NCBI RefSeq assembly: GCF_902713615.1
Contig: NC_052171.1
Span: 3,782,001-3,846,000, forward strand
DNA from: Scyliorhinus canicula
Lineage: Eukaryota
Length of the DNA stretch: 64,000 nt
Direction: 5' to 3'
The position numbers were made by a program, and so were the translations under genes. Every line of letters starts with the position of its first letter. Positions within the stretch are counted from its first letter, which is position 1. Under the pieces are notes generated by a model. That model did not search any database, was not told where the DNA came from, and was given only the letters and a program-made list of their open reading frames with translations. Shown piece after piece: positions 11,919-24,652 of the stretch.

Positions 11919-13651
11919 TAACATTTTTTTAAAAATTAAGGTATTTGAAAATTTTTATAAAAATAACATAGGCAATGACATCAACATGGTATAATAAACA
12001 TTCCCCCCACCCCCGTCTCAATCTTCACACACCCCAACCATAAAACAACAATCTCCTCCCTCCCCTCCCCGGCCGACTAGCCATCTCCCTTTTTAGGCCA
12101 GCCTCTAGCTCGCACCCTCCACCTCCTCGAGCTCCCCCCTCGGTCAGTCGCCGTTCCCAACCTCCTATTTGTCCCCGAGTAACAGTTCCTCCCCTGTCAG
12201 CAAAGCAGCTCCCCCCTCCCTCCCCCCCCAGCAACAACACTAGAAACCCAAGTCAAGCTCCAGCTTAACACCTGCTCACCCCCCACTGTGCTTCTGAGAG
12301 TCAGCTGACCCATGCTGACTTGATAGCGCCCGCCCCTGGCACCAAGCAGTCTGTCTCCCCATTGTTCCCCCATTGTTCTCTCCCCTCTCCCCCCACTTGG
12401 ACAAACATTTTAAAAGCATCACATTCCCCAGTAAACAAACATCAGAAAGAACAAAAAAACAGCCACTTCAGAAAAATAATCACCCAAAAAGCAGAAACAA
12501 CCCCAAAGCCCATCCCCACTCTAACCAGCTCCCTGCAAGACAAAGTTACCTTTAGCCATCCAAACAGCCCCTTATTACACATAGCACTACTTATATTTAT
12601 ACAACCCAGCACATCAAATATCCGGCACAGTACTTCTCGAGGGCTTCAGTGTCTTTAAATTCGCCTTCCGCCACGTTTCTTTAATAAAAGTCTATACTGG
12701 TGTTTCAAAGTATAAGTCCCGTTCCTCATGTGTGACCCACAGACGGGCTGGGTACAGCATCCCAAACTTCACTCCCTTTTTAAAGAAGGCCGTTTTTACC
12801 CGATTAAACACAGCTCGCCCCTTGGCCAGATCCGCGCCCAGGTCCTGATAAATGCACAGCTCACAGTGCTGCTCCGTTCCTTCTTCTTGGCCCACCGCAG
12901 AACATGTTCCTTGTCCAGGAAACGGTGAAAGCTTACCACCATGGCCCTCGGCGGCTCGTTCGCTCGGGGCTTCATCGCGAGGGCTCTGTACGCTCTATCC
13001 ACTTCCAGGGGCTGAGAGAACGCCTCAGCCCCCATCAACATCTCCAGCATGGCCGTCACATGAGCCCTCGCATATGATCCCTCACTGCCTTCAGGGAGGC
13101 CGATAATTCTAAGATTCTGCCTCCTGAAACTGTTCTCCAGGTCCTCCAGCTTCTCCTGCATTCTTCTCTGGCCGTCGTCCATCATCCCCACCTTGGTCTC
13201 CAGCATGGTTATGTATTCCTCATGCTCAGACACCTTTTCCTCCACCTCCTGGATCGCTCTCCCGTGGGTCTCTTGATTCTGTACAACTTGATCAATTGAA
13301 GCCTCAATGGGGTCCAGCGTGTCCTTCTTCAGCTTGGCAAATCAATCTTCGAAAAACTTCACCAGCTGCTCTGTCGGCCACTGTGCCGTCTCCCCTCGGC
13401 CCTTGCTCTCCGCCATGCTTTCCCGCGCCACCAGCTCTGCTCGCGTCTCCCTTATAGGACTTTGTCTTCTCACACGGCCACTTCTGGCCCAATTCTCCAT
13501 ACATCGGAGGGGAATTTCTCCTTACTGTCCCACTCTTTACTGATTTATCCCATAAAATCCCGAAAAAAACAGGGGAAAAGGTCCAAAAGTTCGTCACAGG
13601 CGGGAGCTATCAAATGTGCGATCTACTCCTCCATGGCTGCCACCGGAAGTT
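11919..13651 (-). mobile_element. L1-clade element with 5'UTR, ORF1 and 3' A-tail but no ORF2 (HAL1-like)
   Basis: 5' end ACTTCCGGTGGCAGCCATGG; ORF1 remnant (LEDLENSFRRQNLRIIGLPEG, LEVDRAYR, FGMLYPARLWVTH); A-rich tail; 16-bp TSD 11903-11918 / 13652-13667 with 3 transitions. Confidence 0.85.
12692..13420 (-). pseudogene. L1 ORF1p (coiled coil, RRM, CTD), frameshifted
   Basis: ORF track 12796-13245 and 12692-12895 carry L1 ORF1 motifs. Confidence 0.85.
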
Positions 13652-14639
13652 GGCACCAGCCGCAGTTGTGGGCAAACAAACGTTTAAATACCTTCAAGGA
13701 TGTATTCAGTCTTTGAACTTGAGTGACACAACAGCCAGGTGAGCAACATACATGGGGAAGAGCCTAAAAGTTTGGTAAGAACCGTCAGCAAAAAGGTACC
13801 CAGGTACCTATGATTATTGTTGAAGGACATCAGCCAAGTCTTATGAGACGGGATTGGTTGCGCCAAATCAAGTTAAACTTTTCAAAATGTCTGACAGTTT
13901 CTTCCAGGAAGTCTTCTGCAAATATAAAGACGTATTCCAGAACGAATTGGACCTTAGGGATGGGCAATAAAATGCTGACCGAGCCAGCGACACCCACAGC
14001 AGGCGAAATTTAAAACAAAATCACCTTAAATGCCCTTCAAATGAGCCAACACAGGTCTGATGAGCCCAATGGCCTCATTTTCTGCTGACCACTTGATGCT
14101 TTTAGTCCGAGAATGGACCCCGAAAACTGAGCAAATGTTATACAATCAGGAACTTCAAACACTGAAAAATCTTTGAGTGCCGCAGTAAAATGTACTTGAA
14201 AACAAAATTACTTTGGGTTGCAATCAGTACGTCCAAAAAACTCAGAATTTAACTACCACATTTTTGCATAACCAAATTGAAAAGGCCCTGAAAGTAAAAT
14301 TCTTGTGCCATGTGTTTCCTTTTCAAATTTGCTTGCCAGCCCAGAGGTCAGCGCTCTCTGCTACGGTCTGTTACTGTCAGCTGTCAGGGAAATAAACCCA
14401 GTCAAAGGTATTACTCTGCTCAACTCCTCACACACCTGTGTTTTAATATTGTCCTGCACTGCCTTCACTTCAGCTCAACCACTTTCCCAATCCCCTTCCT
14501 CTTAACTCATGAGTTTGAAGAACTTTCTCCTGTCGTCTGTTTCTCTCAATCTCTTTTGGACCATTCTTAGCCTTGAACGTCATGACGTGGCAAGGGTTCA
14601 TCCGGGTACTTTTTGAGGAACGTGAGGCAACCTGATTCT

Positions 14640-15090
14640 ATCACCCTCCCAGGCATTCCAGTGCATTCCAGACTGTCACCACCCTCTGGGTAAAGACGTT
14701 TATCCTCACATCCCTCTAAAACTCCTGCCCCTCACCTTGAACTTGTATCTCCTCATGGCTGACCCATCAATTAGGGGGAGGAGCCTATCCACACTGTCCA
14801 TGCCCCTCATAACCTTGTACCCCTCGATCAGATCGCCCCTCAGTCTTCTCTGCTCCAAAGAAAACAACCCAAGCTTATCCAACCCTTCTTCATAATGTTC
14901 CATCCTAGGCAACATCCTGGTGAATCTCCTCTGCACCCCCTTGAGTGCAATCACATCCTTCCTATAGTGTGGTGACTAGAATTACATACAGTATTCCAGC
15001 TGTGACCTCACCAAAGTTTTATACAACTCCAACGTGACCTCTCTGCTTTTGGAATCTATGCCGAGACCGATAAAGGCAAAGTCCCATGCA
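14640..15090 (-). mobile_element. CR1 LINE fragment (RT C-terminus)
   Basis: ORF 14706-14954 ALKGVQRRFTRMLP...LGLFSLEQRRLRGDLIE. Confidence 0.85.
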
Positions 15091-15360
15091 GTGGGTTTTG
15101 CATACGGTGAATTCCAGACAGTGAGCTGTTTGACTGTAAGGAGCATCGTAGTCAAGCTCAATACTTTCCTCCTTAATGCGCCCTTTGTTTTGGAACACTC
15201 CCTTTGTTTTGTGTCCCCGAAATCTTTGACAATCTCTCCTTAGCTCTGACCTACCCCTGACTTTCCATTCTGCCCCACCGCCTTCTCCAACTATATAATT
15301 CACTCAATTCCTGCCCCTCTTCAGTTCTGAAGAGTCATAGGGACTTGAAATGTTAACTTG

Positions 15361-16700
15361 TGTGATAACCCCCCACATAACCCAGGGGCATGACCCGATT
15401 GATCTCGCTGTGGGACTCGTGGAGTACGAGCTTCTCCACTGAGGGCCATCAGCAGGATGGTTAATTCTCCGAGATTAAAGCCGGCTGGCCCAGGAAGGAG
15501 TCGGCAACTCAGGATGATCCCACCTGGGACTTGGACTATTAATTTGTATTTCTATTTCCTAACTGGGAGTAAAAAATAAACTACTTTCAACTCTCCTTCT
15601 CGGGGCTTCTGATTGACTACAATATTGGCGACGGGGATAAAATGGAACTACAGACGACATTGCTGGCCACTCAAAGTACGACTGCTTTTCAATGCAAAAC
15701 TGTTCCAAAAATACCGCTCTTTGGTAGACTCAACGAGTTCGAAGTGAGTGTGGAAGACTGGGCTCAGTACACGGTGCATATGTACTATTTCTTCAAGGCA
15801 CACAGGATTATTTTGACCGCCTGTGGAGCCCCCACTTGCAGTGTCATAAAGAGCCTAACATGCCCTGCGGCCGCAGACTCCAAGACGTTCGAGGAATTAG
15901 TGACATATCAGTATGACCCCAAGGTGTCGGTCACTGTCCAAACATAACGATTTAACACAGCTGAGAGAACACTGGGGGAATCCATTATCCAGTTTTTAGC
16001 AAGGTTACTGGTGGAACACTGCGACTATGGGCCATCCCTACCCGAGATGCTATGAGAGTGCCTTGTATGTGGGATAAATAACATGGCAACTCAGCAGAAA
16101 TTGCTGGCCGAGCTGTTGCTGGACCTAAAAAAGGCTGCTAAGATCTCCCTCTCATGGGAGAGCACAGAGAAGGGTGTCCAGGAACTCCAGGAGATGTCAG
16201 CAATGGAGGTGAATAACTGAGGATGCGCCCATTCAGACGAGCACTAGGAGTGGGACTGCTGGGACCCTGCCCTGACATGAACGCCGTCGAGTCCAGGCCT
16301 ATTGGCCGAGGACTGCTGCAACCAGGTGAGATACCTCCTCAGAATCAATGGAGGAAAGTACACAGCGATGCAGCACTTGTGGCCGGTGAAACCGCAGAGA
16401 CAGGAAACTACAGGTCAGTCAGCAAACGCACTGCCCTGGTTGAGGGAGGCACCGCCTAGAGCCGGAACCCTCTACCTGGAACAGCCTGATGAGGACGAGT
16501 GCATGAAATTAAATTGCCTTGGGTTTCCCTGTCAAAATCACTGTCCAGGTGAATGGTCACCCACTAGAATGGGAGCTGCAGTTTCACGAACAGGACGGCA
16601 GACATTTGAAAAGATCAGGACTGGAATTCAGCACTTGAACTTAAGGGACACCGAGGCGAGGTTGACAACCTCCCCGGGGGAACACCTAGCCTACATTTCC
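15361..16700 (+). mobile_element. Gypsy (Mag-like) 5' fragment: LTR 15361-15624, PBS, gag, protease
   Basis: TG-started LTR with AATAAA; gag PLFGRLNEFEVSVEDWAQY...DSKTFEELV; truncated within protease. Confidence 0.8.
15626..15638 (+). promoter_or_regulatory. Primer-binding site, tRNA-Ser(GCU)-like
   Basis: TGGCGACGGGGAT versus the complement of the vertebrate tRNA-Ser(GCU) 3' end, TGGCGACGAGGAT (1 mismatch), directly after the LTR. Confidence 0.65.
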
Positions 16701-16754
16701 AAGGCTCAGACTGATAGTGGGTTCAAGAATCTGGCCTGCAGATTCTGTCTCAAG

Positions 16755-17435
16755 TCAATGTGAGTGCTGCACTCCTGGAAGCCGATCTCTCAGATAGGAT
16801 ATTAAACAGAGGCTGTTTTTTCTCTCAGGTAGGTGGGGAAGATTATGATCACTATTTTGAATAGACATGGGGGATTATCTCCCTCATGGTCCCAGATAAT
16901 ATTTATCCCTCAGCAATATAATGAAAACACATCATCAGGGCCCTATGGAGGCGCAGTGGTTAGCACGGCTGCCTAACGGTGCTGAGGACCTGGGTTCGAT
17001 TTCGGGCCCGGATCACTGTCCGTGTGGAGTTTGCACATTCTCCCTGTGTCTGCGCGGGTTTCACCCCCACAACCCAACGATGTGTAGGTGGATTGGCCAC
17101 ACTAAATTGCCCCTTCATTGGAAAAAAAAATTGGGTACTCTAAATTTATTTTTAAAAATTAAAGCACATCCTTATCAAATTGCTGGCGTGTAAACTTATT
17201 TTCCCGGACAGGCGCCGGAATGTGGCGACTAGGGGCTTTTCACAGTAACTTCATTGAAGCCTACTCGTGGCAATAAGCGATTTTCGTTTTCATTTTTTCA
17301 TTGCTGTTCACAAATTTTCTGTTGCATTTTCTATGTTACACCAGGATACTTCAAAAGTACTTCACTGCCTGTGAGACACTTGGGAATAATATCTGTGAAA
17401 TGCGTTAGATAAATGCAAGGCCTTTTCTTTTTTTT
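16755..17435 (+). mobile_element. DeuSINE/SacSINE1-like copy with two nested SINE insertions
   Basis: Degenerate Deu domain (..TTAAACAGAGGC..AATATTTATCCCTCA) and 3' end CTTCAAAAGTACTTCACTG..AAATGCAAGG; inserts at 16938-17160 and 17203-17300. Confidence 0.6.
16938..17160 (+). mobile_element. V-SINE, short A-tailed type
   Basis: Head, core and tail match the other copies. Confidence 0.88.
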
Positions 17436-19029
17436 TCAAGTTAACTGGTCTGCACGACCCTTGCTTTCCTTTCCAACTTTTTTTTTAGTGTTTATGGTTT
17501 CCTTCCTGTAGTCAGAGCTCTGTGCAGCTACAGAACTGTGCTCAACTGTACTGTGGCAGGGTGTGACACTGAGCACTTGGATGTGTGTTTGAGCCTGCAG
17601 CAAGTTGTGCGCCAGTCCAGGACCCTGCAGAGATCTGAAGCTGGGGAAAGGGATGGAAGCAGGCACTGAGCAGCTAGAAAAATGCATGTTCAGTCAAAGC
17701 TCTTAATTTTGAGGAAGAGATGCCCCCCCCCGCGCACACCCATCTCTTTCAGTGGAGGACTAATGAATAAAATAAACCGAACAGACAGAGATACAGATTT
17801 GCTCGCCAGCTATTGCCAAATAACAGATCATGGTGGTGTGACAGATGGTGCCGCCAGCCATCTTCGAAGGTCAATCCAACCACATGTACAAACAGCCCTT
17901 TCACTAGGACCACATTTTAAAAACAATTTCTCAGCAAAACAAAAAACCTCACAATTCCTCTGCTGGTTTGCCCGGAGCTTCTCCAACCAACTATGTGTGG
18001 CCACAGAATCCCAAAATAACCCCATCGCCAGGACAGAGTGTGCAGCACATACTGATCAAAACACACAAATGAAAAACTAGTTTATTCTGGATTGACTATG
18101 TTTACATACATACATGTCCACAAGAGGATGCTATTGGAGGTGGAAATTATTCTGGTACTTTTATACTAATTCATAGGATGTGGCTGTCACTGGCTGGGCC
18201 AACATTTTTTTGTCCACCCTTAATTGCACTTGAACTGCGTGGCTTGCTGCCTTTTAACTTGCAAAAGCATGACTGTATGAATGGTTGCTGAATTGATGGG
18301 AAAGATGGTCAATATTTCAGAATGTGAATGAGGCGGGCAAACATCGAACTTGCTGATGAGCAACGAGATGGAAAATAAGCCGATGGCATTAAGGCAGCAC
18401 AGACCAGTGCAGGACAGAATGAGCCAGGCCAATGCAGGAGCAAATACTCTAATCAACAAGATGAATTTAGTATATTTCACAGAGTCTCATTCAGTTTCAA
18501 AAATAAAAATTAACTTCCTTACTTCCTCTCAAAAAATCAAAGACGTTATTGTTGTGAATTCACGTGAGTGAAGTGTCCGGTGAGTCCAGGTCGAATATCA
18601 GTGACTTTGTTTGGCAGGATTCTGTTGTTTGTCCTCAAGACTTTCTGAAGGCATAGACCGACCCAGTAGGGTCAGTTAAATGAAGGACAAACTAAATCTC
18701 TCTGGAAATTAGCACGGGTGAGAAAAACGTGATGTGTATATATACAACTGTTTATAAATATCGGAATTGCCAAAAGAAAGATTTAAAAAAAAAGACGTTC
18801 TGAAGGCTAGTCTTGAGAGCTCTCGTGGTTAGAATTACCAACATGTGACCAGCTGCAGCCATTATATCAGACCTGCAATGGTCCATTTCGAAAAACAGAA
18901 TTTAAACGAGAGGATATGGAAGAGGGACATATTTTAAATATTTTCTTGCTTCATCCCTTCTTAGCATGGCAATTTCGGCAGCTTTTTTTTCTATACTTTT
19001 CTGTACTTTTTCTTCACAAAATCATCAAT

Positions 19030-19200
19030 TGAAATGAAATGAATGAATGAAAATGAAAATGGCTTATTGTCACGAGTAGGCTTCAATGAAGTTACTGTGA
19101 AAAGCCCCTAGTAGCCACATTCCGGCGCCTGTCCGGGGAGGCTGGTACGGGAATCGAACCGTGCTGCTGGCCTGCTTGGTCTGCTTTCAAAGCCAGCGAG
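19030..19200 (-). mobile_element. tRNA-derived SINE (head B plus GGCGACTAGGGGCTTTTCACAGTAAC tail)
   Basis: Matches 61567-61742; (CATTT)n tail; tail-only copies at 17203-17300, 55261-55345 and 57090-57160. Confidence 0.8.
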
Positions 19201-20300
19201 ATAAACCAAATAAAATGTTCCTGATTCATTGTACTTCTCAAATAATTTTGAACTCTTTTCAATAGAGAAAAAGAATATTCATCAGAAGCATTTGTGACAG
19301 ATATTGTGAAACATATTTTCAGAATGGTTTCCACATTTAGAAAGATTGCTTGCACACCATCACATACAAGTCTGTGCAAATCAGCTGGTGATCTTGAAGC
19401 TCAGCACTCATCATTATCGATTAAATAAACTGTTTCACTTCATCTTCAGAAAGATTTGTGCCTTTGTGCTCCCAACAGAATTCACTTAATTTCTACTGCA
19501 GTGGCTTTTAGCATTCTCACCCAAACATTTTTGAAATGAATTTCTGAGATGTGGGCGTCACCTGTTAGCTTAGCATTTGTTACCCATCCCTAGTTGAAGG
19601 TGGTGGTGAGTTGCCTTCTTGAACTGCTGCAGTCCTTGAGGTTTAGGTACACCCACTGTGCTGTTAGGGAGGGTGTTCAAGGATGTTGCCCCAGCAACAG
19701 TGAAGGAACGGCGATATATTTCCAAGTCACGGTGGTGAGTGATTGAAGGGGAAACTCCAAGTGGTGAGGTTCTCAGATATCTGCTGCTCGTGTCCTTCTG
19801 GAAACTTCTGCCAAAAAACATGCAAAGTAAATCAAGTTTTCTTCAGAGATTCACTTCTATTCTGCATTGCTGCATTATTGTGTCACAAATAACATAGGCA
19901 GTCTCAACAATGATCTTCGCTTTCCCTTTTAAGGTGATTTAATTGTCTCTAATTTAATCGCAAAATAACTTCATGTGTCTTGTACACTTTTCATCATCAG
20001 AGGGACCTGAATTTTTTGTTAATATTAGTGCCTCTGCGTCAACTGAGCTGTAGTAATTTTGAATTTCCAAGTCAAAACTTTTAACTGAGGTTACCAATTG
20101 TGCAGTATTCAATAAAGTTGTCTCAACATTTCACAGCAGTTTGCTGATGGTATTAATTTTTTTGAAGTAAATAGTTTTTCACGAGAGTAAAAAACACCGA
20201 ACCGTACTTTTAAATCTCTGCCAAGCATTTTGCTTCAGCTTTCACACGTGATTTTTCAGAATTTGGTGCAGCTATGTAATTCCGCCTCTGGCCACCACCT
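19200..20300 (-). pseudogene. hAT-superfamily transposase fossil (C-terminal dimerisation domain)
   Basis: FLNVETILKICFTISVTNASDEYSFSLLKRVQNYLRSTMNQE matches the hAT dimerisation motif; upstream LLQKINTISKLL-like segments; interrupted by a LINE fragment at 19550-19800. Confidence 0.8.
19550..19800 (-). mobile_element. Crack/L2-like LINE 3' end
   Basis: Reverse complement ...CAGCACAGTGGGTGTACCT...TTCAAGAAGGCAACTCACCACCACC..GGGATGGGTAACAAATGC; same family as 21390-23070. Confidence 0.7.
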
Positions 20301-21511
20301 TCACAAAGCAAAATGGCCAGCTATTAAGTGCCCTAGGAACGGGAGCAATTGGCATTTTATTTGATGCGGCATTAGATGAATTTCCAACATGCCCTCCTTT
20401 GACAAGATTCGAGTGTTTCAATTACATGGTGCAGTTCACTGCTTTGCTGCCAAATGCTTTATGATATTCTGGCGTCAGGAATGCAGCCCCTGGCTATATA
20501 GTGGGAGCAGGGAGGAGAGCTTAGGTAGAGAAACGGATTGAACACACAGCAAATGCACCCAGCTCATTTCCCATGAATTCCCCGAAGCAGACAGATTTCC
20601 TGCTGCAGGTGACAGCATTCCTGAGCTCCCTGCACACTGTAACGCATTGTTCATAAATACAAACTCGGAAAATATCATGTTTTTGCACGTGGAAGGACTT
20701 CAGGAGCACGACCAAATGTGCTAAGGTTCACAACTTGGTATTTGGGGAAATAAGCAGTCTTTAGAATTCTCAATCCAAGCATAACATTTCTTGGCAGAGC
20801 GATAGTTTCTGCCTGTAAAATGATTGCACTGTGGTGCTGCCCCGTGCGCATTCATGACAGACTGGCTGAGATGGGTTATGATGAGGACCAAGAGGGAATA
20901 TGGAAACCTGGGCAGAAAAGAGTGTCCGGTTAACGGTTTAGGCAAAGTATATCGGTGTAAGGTTCTTTCTGTGCACCAAACATCGGGAAATCCTCAATCT
21001 GCTCCTCAGATATCTGCCTGCAAGCTTGCTCTACTAAACATGCAGAGGAAGTCTTCTTTTGCTGTTGGGTCCCGTCGGCTCCCTTTGACTATATGGCATT
21101 TAAGGAGGCCATTTGGCCCATGACGCATATGCCAGGACCTTGGTGGAGCTATTTTATTAATCTGACCTCTTTGTTCTTTCCCTACAATCCTGTAAATCTT
21201 CTCCCTCAAGTGCTTGCCGGATTATTATAATTCGCTGTGCAGAAAAAATGTCTTCTTATTCTGCCTTTGCTACTTTCGCTGGTCACTATAAATCTGTGTC
21301 CACTGATCACTCATCCTCCTGTCACTGGCAAAACCATTCATAATTATGAACATCGGGATCAAATCTTCTCCTAACCTTCTCTACTCTCACATTCTCACCA
21401 CGCAAATGCCAGGCAATGATCATCTCCAACAAAAAGGAGGATCTCACTGTCCCACCTTGACATTCAATGGCTTCAAGCATCAAATGTACTCCCACTATCA
21501 ACATCCTCTAC

Positions 21512-21861
21512 GGATGCAGCACGGTAGCATGGTGGTTAGCATAAATGCTTCACAGCTCCAGGGTCCCAGGTTCGATTCCGGCTTGGGTCACTGTCTGTGC
21601 GGAGTCTGCACGTCCTCCCCGTGTGTGCGTGGGTTTCCTCCGGGTGCTCCGGTTTCCTCCCACAGTCCAAAGATGTGCGGGTTAGGTGGATTGGCTATGC
21701 TAAATTGCCCTTAGTGTCCTAAAAAATAAGGTTAATGGGGGGGTGTTGAATTACTGGTATAGGGTGGATACGTTGACTTGAGTAGGGTGATCATTGCTCG
21801 GCACAACATCGAGGGCCGAAGGGCCTGTTCTGTGCTGTACTGTTCTTTGTTCTATGTTCTA
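21512..21861 (+). mobile_element. HE1-like long V-SINE with CR1 tail
   Basis: Head plus V-domain GGGTTTCCTCCGGGTGCTCCGGTTTCCTCCC plus tail GAAGGGCCTGTTCTGTGCTGTACTGTTCT. Confidence 0.92.
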
Positions 21862-22380
21862 TCCTGGGGGTTACTGTTGTGTGGCTACAAGAGCTGGTCA
21901 GAGGTTAGAACACCTGTGGTGAGTAACTCACCTCCTGACTCCCCAAAGCCTGTCCACTATGTACAAGGCACAGATTAGGAGTGTGATGGAATACACTCCA
22001 CTTGCCTGGATGAGTGCAGCTCCAGCAATGCTCAAGAAGCTCGACACCATCCAGGACAAATCAACCCGCTTGATTGGCATCCCATGCACCATCTTAAACA
22101 TTCACTCCCTACACCATTGATGCACAGTGGCAGCTGTGTGAACCATCTAGAAGATCTATTGAAGCAATTCATCAAGGTTCTTCTGACAGCACCTTCCAAA
22201 CCTGTGATCTCTGGCACCCAGAAGGACAAGGGCAGCAGATACGTGGGGGAACACCACCACCTGGAAGTTCCTCTCAAGCCACTCACCATCCTGACTTCAA
22301 AATGTATCGCTGTTCTTGTACTGTCGCTGGGTCAAAATCCAAGAACTCCCTCTCGAACAGCACTGTGGGTGCACCTACAC

Positions 22381-22820
22381 ACAAGAACATAAGAACTAGG
22401 AGCAGGAGTCGGCCATCTGGCCCCTCGAGCCTGCCCCGCCATTCAATGAGATCATGGCTGATCTTTTGTGGACTCAGCTCAACTTTCCGGCCCGAACACC
22501 ATAACCCTTAATCCCTTTATTCTTAAAAAAACTATCTATCTTTATCTGAAAAACATTTTATGAAGGAGCCTCAACTGCTTCACTGGGCAAGGAATTCCAT
22601 AGATTCACAGCCCTTTGGGTGAAGGAGTTCCTCCTAAACTCAGTCCTAAATCTACTTCCCCTTATTTTGAGGCTATGCCCCCTAGTTCTGCTTTTACCCG
22701 CCAGTGGAAACAACCTGCCCGCATCTATCCTATCTATTCCTTTCACAATTTTATATGTTTCTATAAGATCCCGCCTCATCCTTCTAAATTCCAATGAGTA
22801 CAATCCCAGTCTACTCAACA
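22381..22820 (-). mobile_element. CR1 LINE 3' end (young)
   Basis: LGLYSLEFRRMRRDLIETYKI..TRGHSLKIRG; near-identical to 34686-35065. Confidence 0.9.
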
Positions 22821-24271
22821 AATGGACACACCACATGAACAGCAGCAGATCCCAGTGAGCCACGCATCATCCTGACCGGACCATATAGCCATTCTTTTTC
22901 TGTCACTGGGTCAAAGTACTGGGATTCCCTCCTTCCTGACAGCACTTACACCACATGGACTGCAGCTGATCAAGGTGCCGGTTACCACCACATTCTCATG
23001 GGTAAATAGGGAGGGGCAATAAATGCCGGCCTAGCCAGTGATGCCCACATCCGATGAAAGAATTTTAAAGAACAAAGTTGAACAACCCCAGATACTCAAT
23101 GTAACTGAAGTCTCTCGCCCCGTATCAATAATTCTTTCAAACAGTGACTACACTGCTTCCTTCATTGGCTGTGAAGAGCTTTGGGACATCGTGAGGTTGT
23201 GAAAGGCTGTCTGGAAATGAATGTTTTTCTACCTGTATCACATATAGATTGAATGCTATCCTCCCGCCCAAGTCAATGTTGGACATTCTTCTCACTTCTG
23301 AATCAGGAGGCACTAAGACCTTGCTGGAAATGTCGCCGCAATTTTCCTCAGTAATAACCGCCATCAAAACAATGAGAGAAAAAGGTGCTACAGGTGATAA
23401 AGGTGCTATACCTTTGGAGCTGCACTCTGTTTTTTGAAAATCCTGGCAGTCACATAAAACTGACTTGAATAGCTTCTTGGAATATTTAAACTCTGCTGCC
23501 AAGATTAATGAGACAGTGGAGAAAGGTTCATGTGTAGCAGAAATGCAAACATAGACCAGATGGGCTAAATGGCCTGTTTGTGTGTGATAAATTTTATGCA
23601 GTGTTATATCAAGCCAGAAAGATGTTATACTGATTGTTGTCACGCAGGCCTCACTGTTCCAATACTCCGAGATTGAGCCCAATTCTTGGTGGATGTCGGT
23701 GTTTTTAACAAATAGAAAAGGTGAACTCTTGTCGCACTTGGCACAAACTTGTTCCTGCAGAGCGAGCTTCTAATAATGGCGAAAGCGCCCGTGTCTGGGA
23801 AGCAGCACTGAGAAAATGGATGGATGAATAAATGAATGAATGATTTCCAGATTGTACTTAAAAACCCGAGGGACTCAAACAAACAGGCTGCTATTGCATA
23901 TTTCACTGTATTTCCGGTGAGACCAAACTCCAGGAGAACCTTGCCCTGCTATTACATTCTAAATAAGCAGCATCAGAATGGAGCACGCGTTTAGTAGTCA
24001 AGGAGGGGTCTGGAAAGGAGAGCAAAAAATGGTCTATTTCCAAAGGGAAAGTATTTTCACGCAATAGGCCAAGTCCGATAGCAGGGACTATCCTGCTTTG
24101 CCGGCTCCTACCCGGGCAGGCTTTTATGGCAATTAATTAACAAGCTCGCTGATGGGCCTCTGTCCCTCAGCGGAAGGGCTCGTACTCCATGAGGCTCATG
24201 GGGAGATTGATCGGGTCAGTCGTGGCATGTGGCCTGGTCTGGTAACTAAACAAAAATCGTCCTAATCTTGT

Positions 24272-24493
24272 TTCTTTTTTTTCCTTTTTAAAAAAATACC
24301 CAATTGTTCTTTTCCAATTCGGGGCAATTTAGTGTGGCCAATCCACCTACCCAAGTCTTTGGGTCGTCGGGGTGAGACCCACGCAGACACGGGGTGAATG
24401 CGCAAACTCCACATAGACAGTGACCCAGGGCCGGAATCGAACCCGGGTCCTCAGCGCCTTAGTCAGCAGTGCTAACCACTGTGCCACTGTGCC
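24272..24493 (-). mobile_element. V-SINE, short type
   Basis: Matches the family consensus on the minus strand. Confidence 0.85.
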
Positions 24494-24652
24494 TTGTTTC
24501 CATGGATCCTGTGGTCTGTTTCTTCATCCCTCTGTTGAAGGTCTGCACCACTCTCTCTGCCAGTCCGGTCGAGGAAGGGTGATTCAGGACCATGTGGGTG
24601 TGTTTCACCCTGTTTGCCTTCACAAAGCATTCACATTCATCACTGGTGAACA

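Larger units (their letters stand above)
11023..13950 (+). pseudogene. Gypsy gag-protease remnant, interrupted by L1 11919-13651
   Basis: DPFDQGTADCSQYIGWLCYFFTANNI (gag N-terminus), MLRDCLVCGINN, protease VDVYTGTSATV|VGKQTFKYL split by the L1, and IIVEGHQPSLMRRDWLRQIKLN. Confidence 0.75.
21390..23070 (+). mobile_element. CR1-group (Crack/L2-like) LINE 3' part with nested HE1 SINE and CR1
   Basis: YVQGTD/KAQIRSVMEYTPLAWMSAAPAMLKKLDTIQDKSTRLIG RT C-terminus at about 21958-22080; 3' end GGGCAATAAATGCCGGCCTAGCCAG. Confidence 0.75.

Noticed and set aside
23137-23682. 181-aa minus-strand ORF and overlapping 62-aa plus-strand ORF as a host exon
   Set aside because: No recognisable domain, weak splice donors, and one end overlaps a DeuSINE tail.
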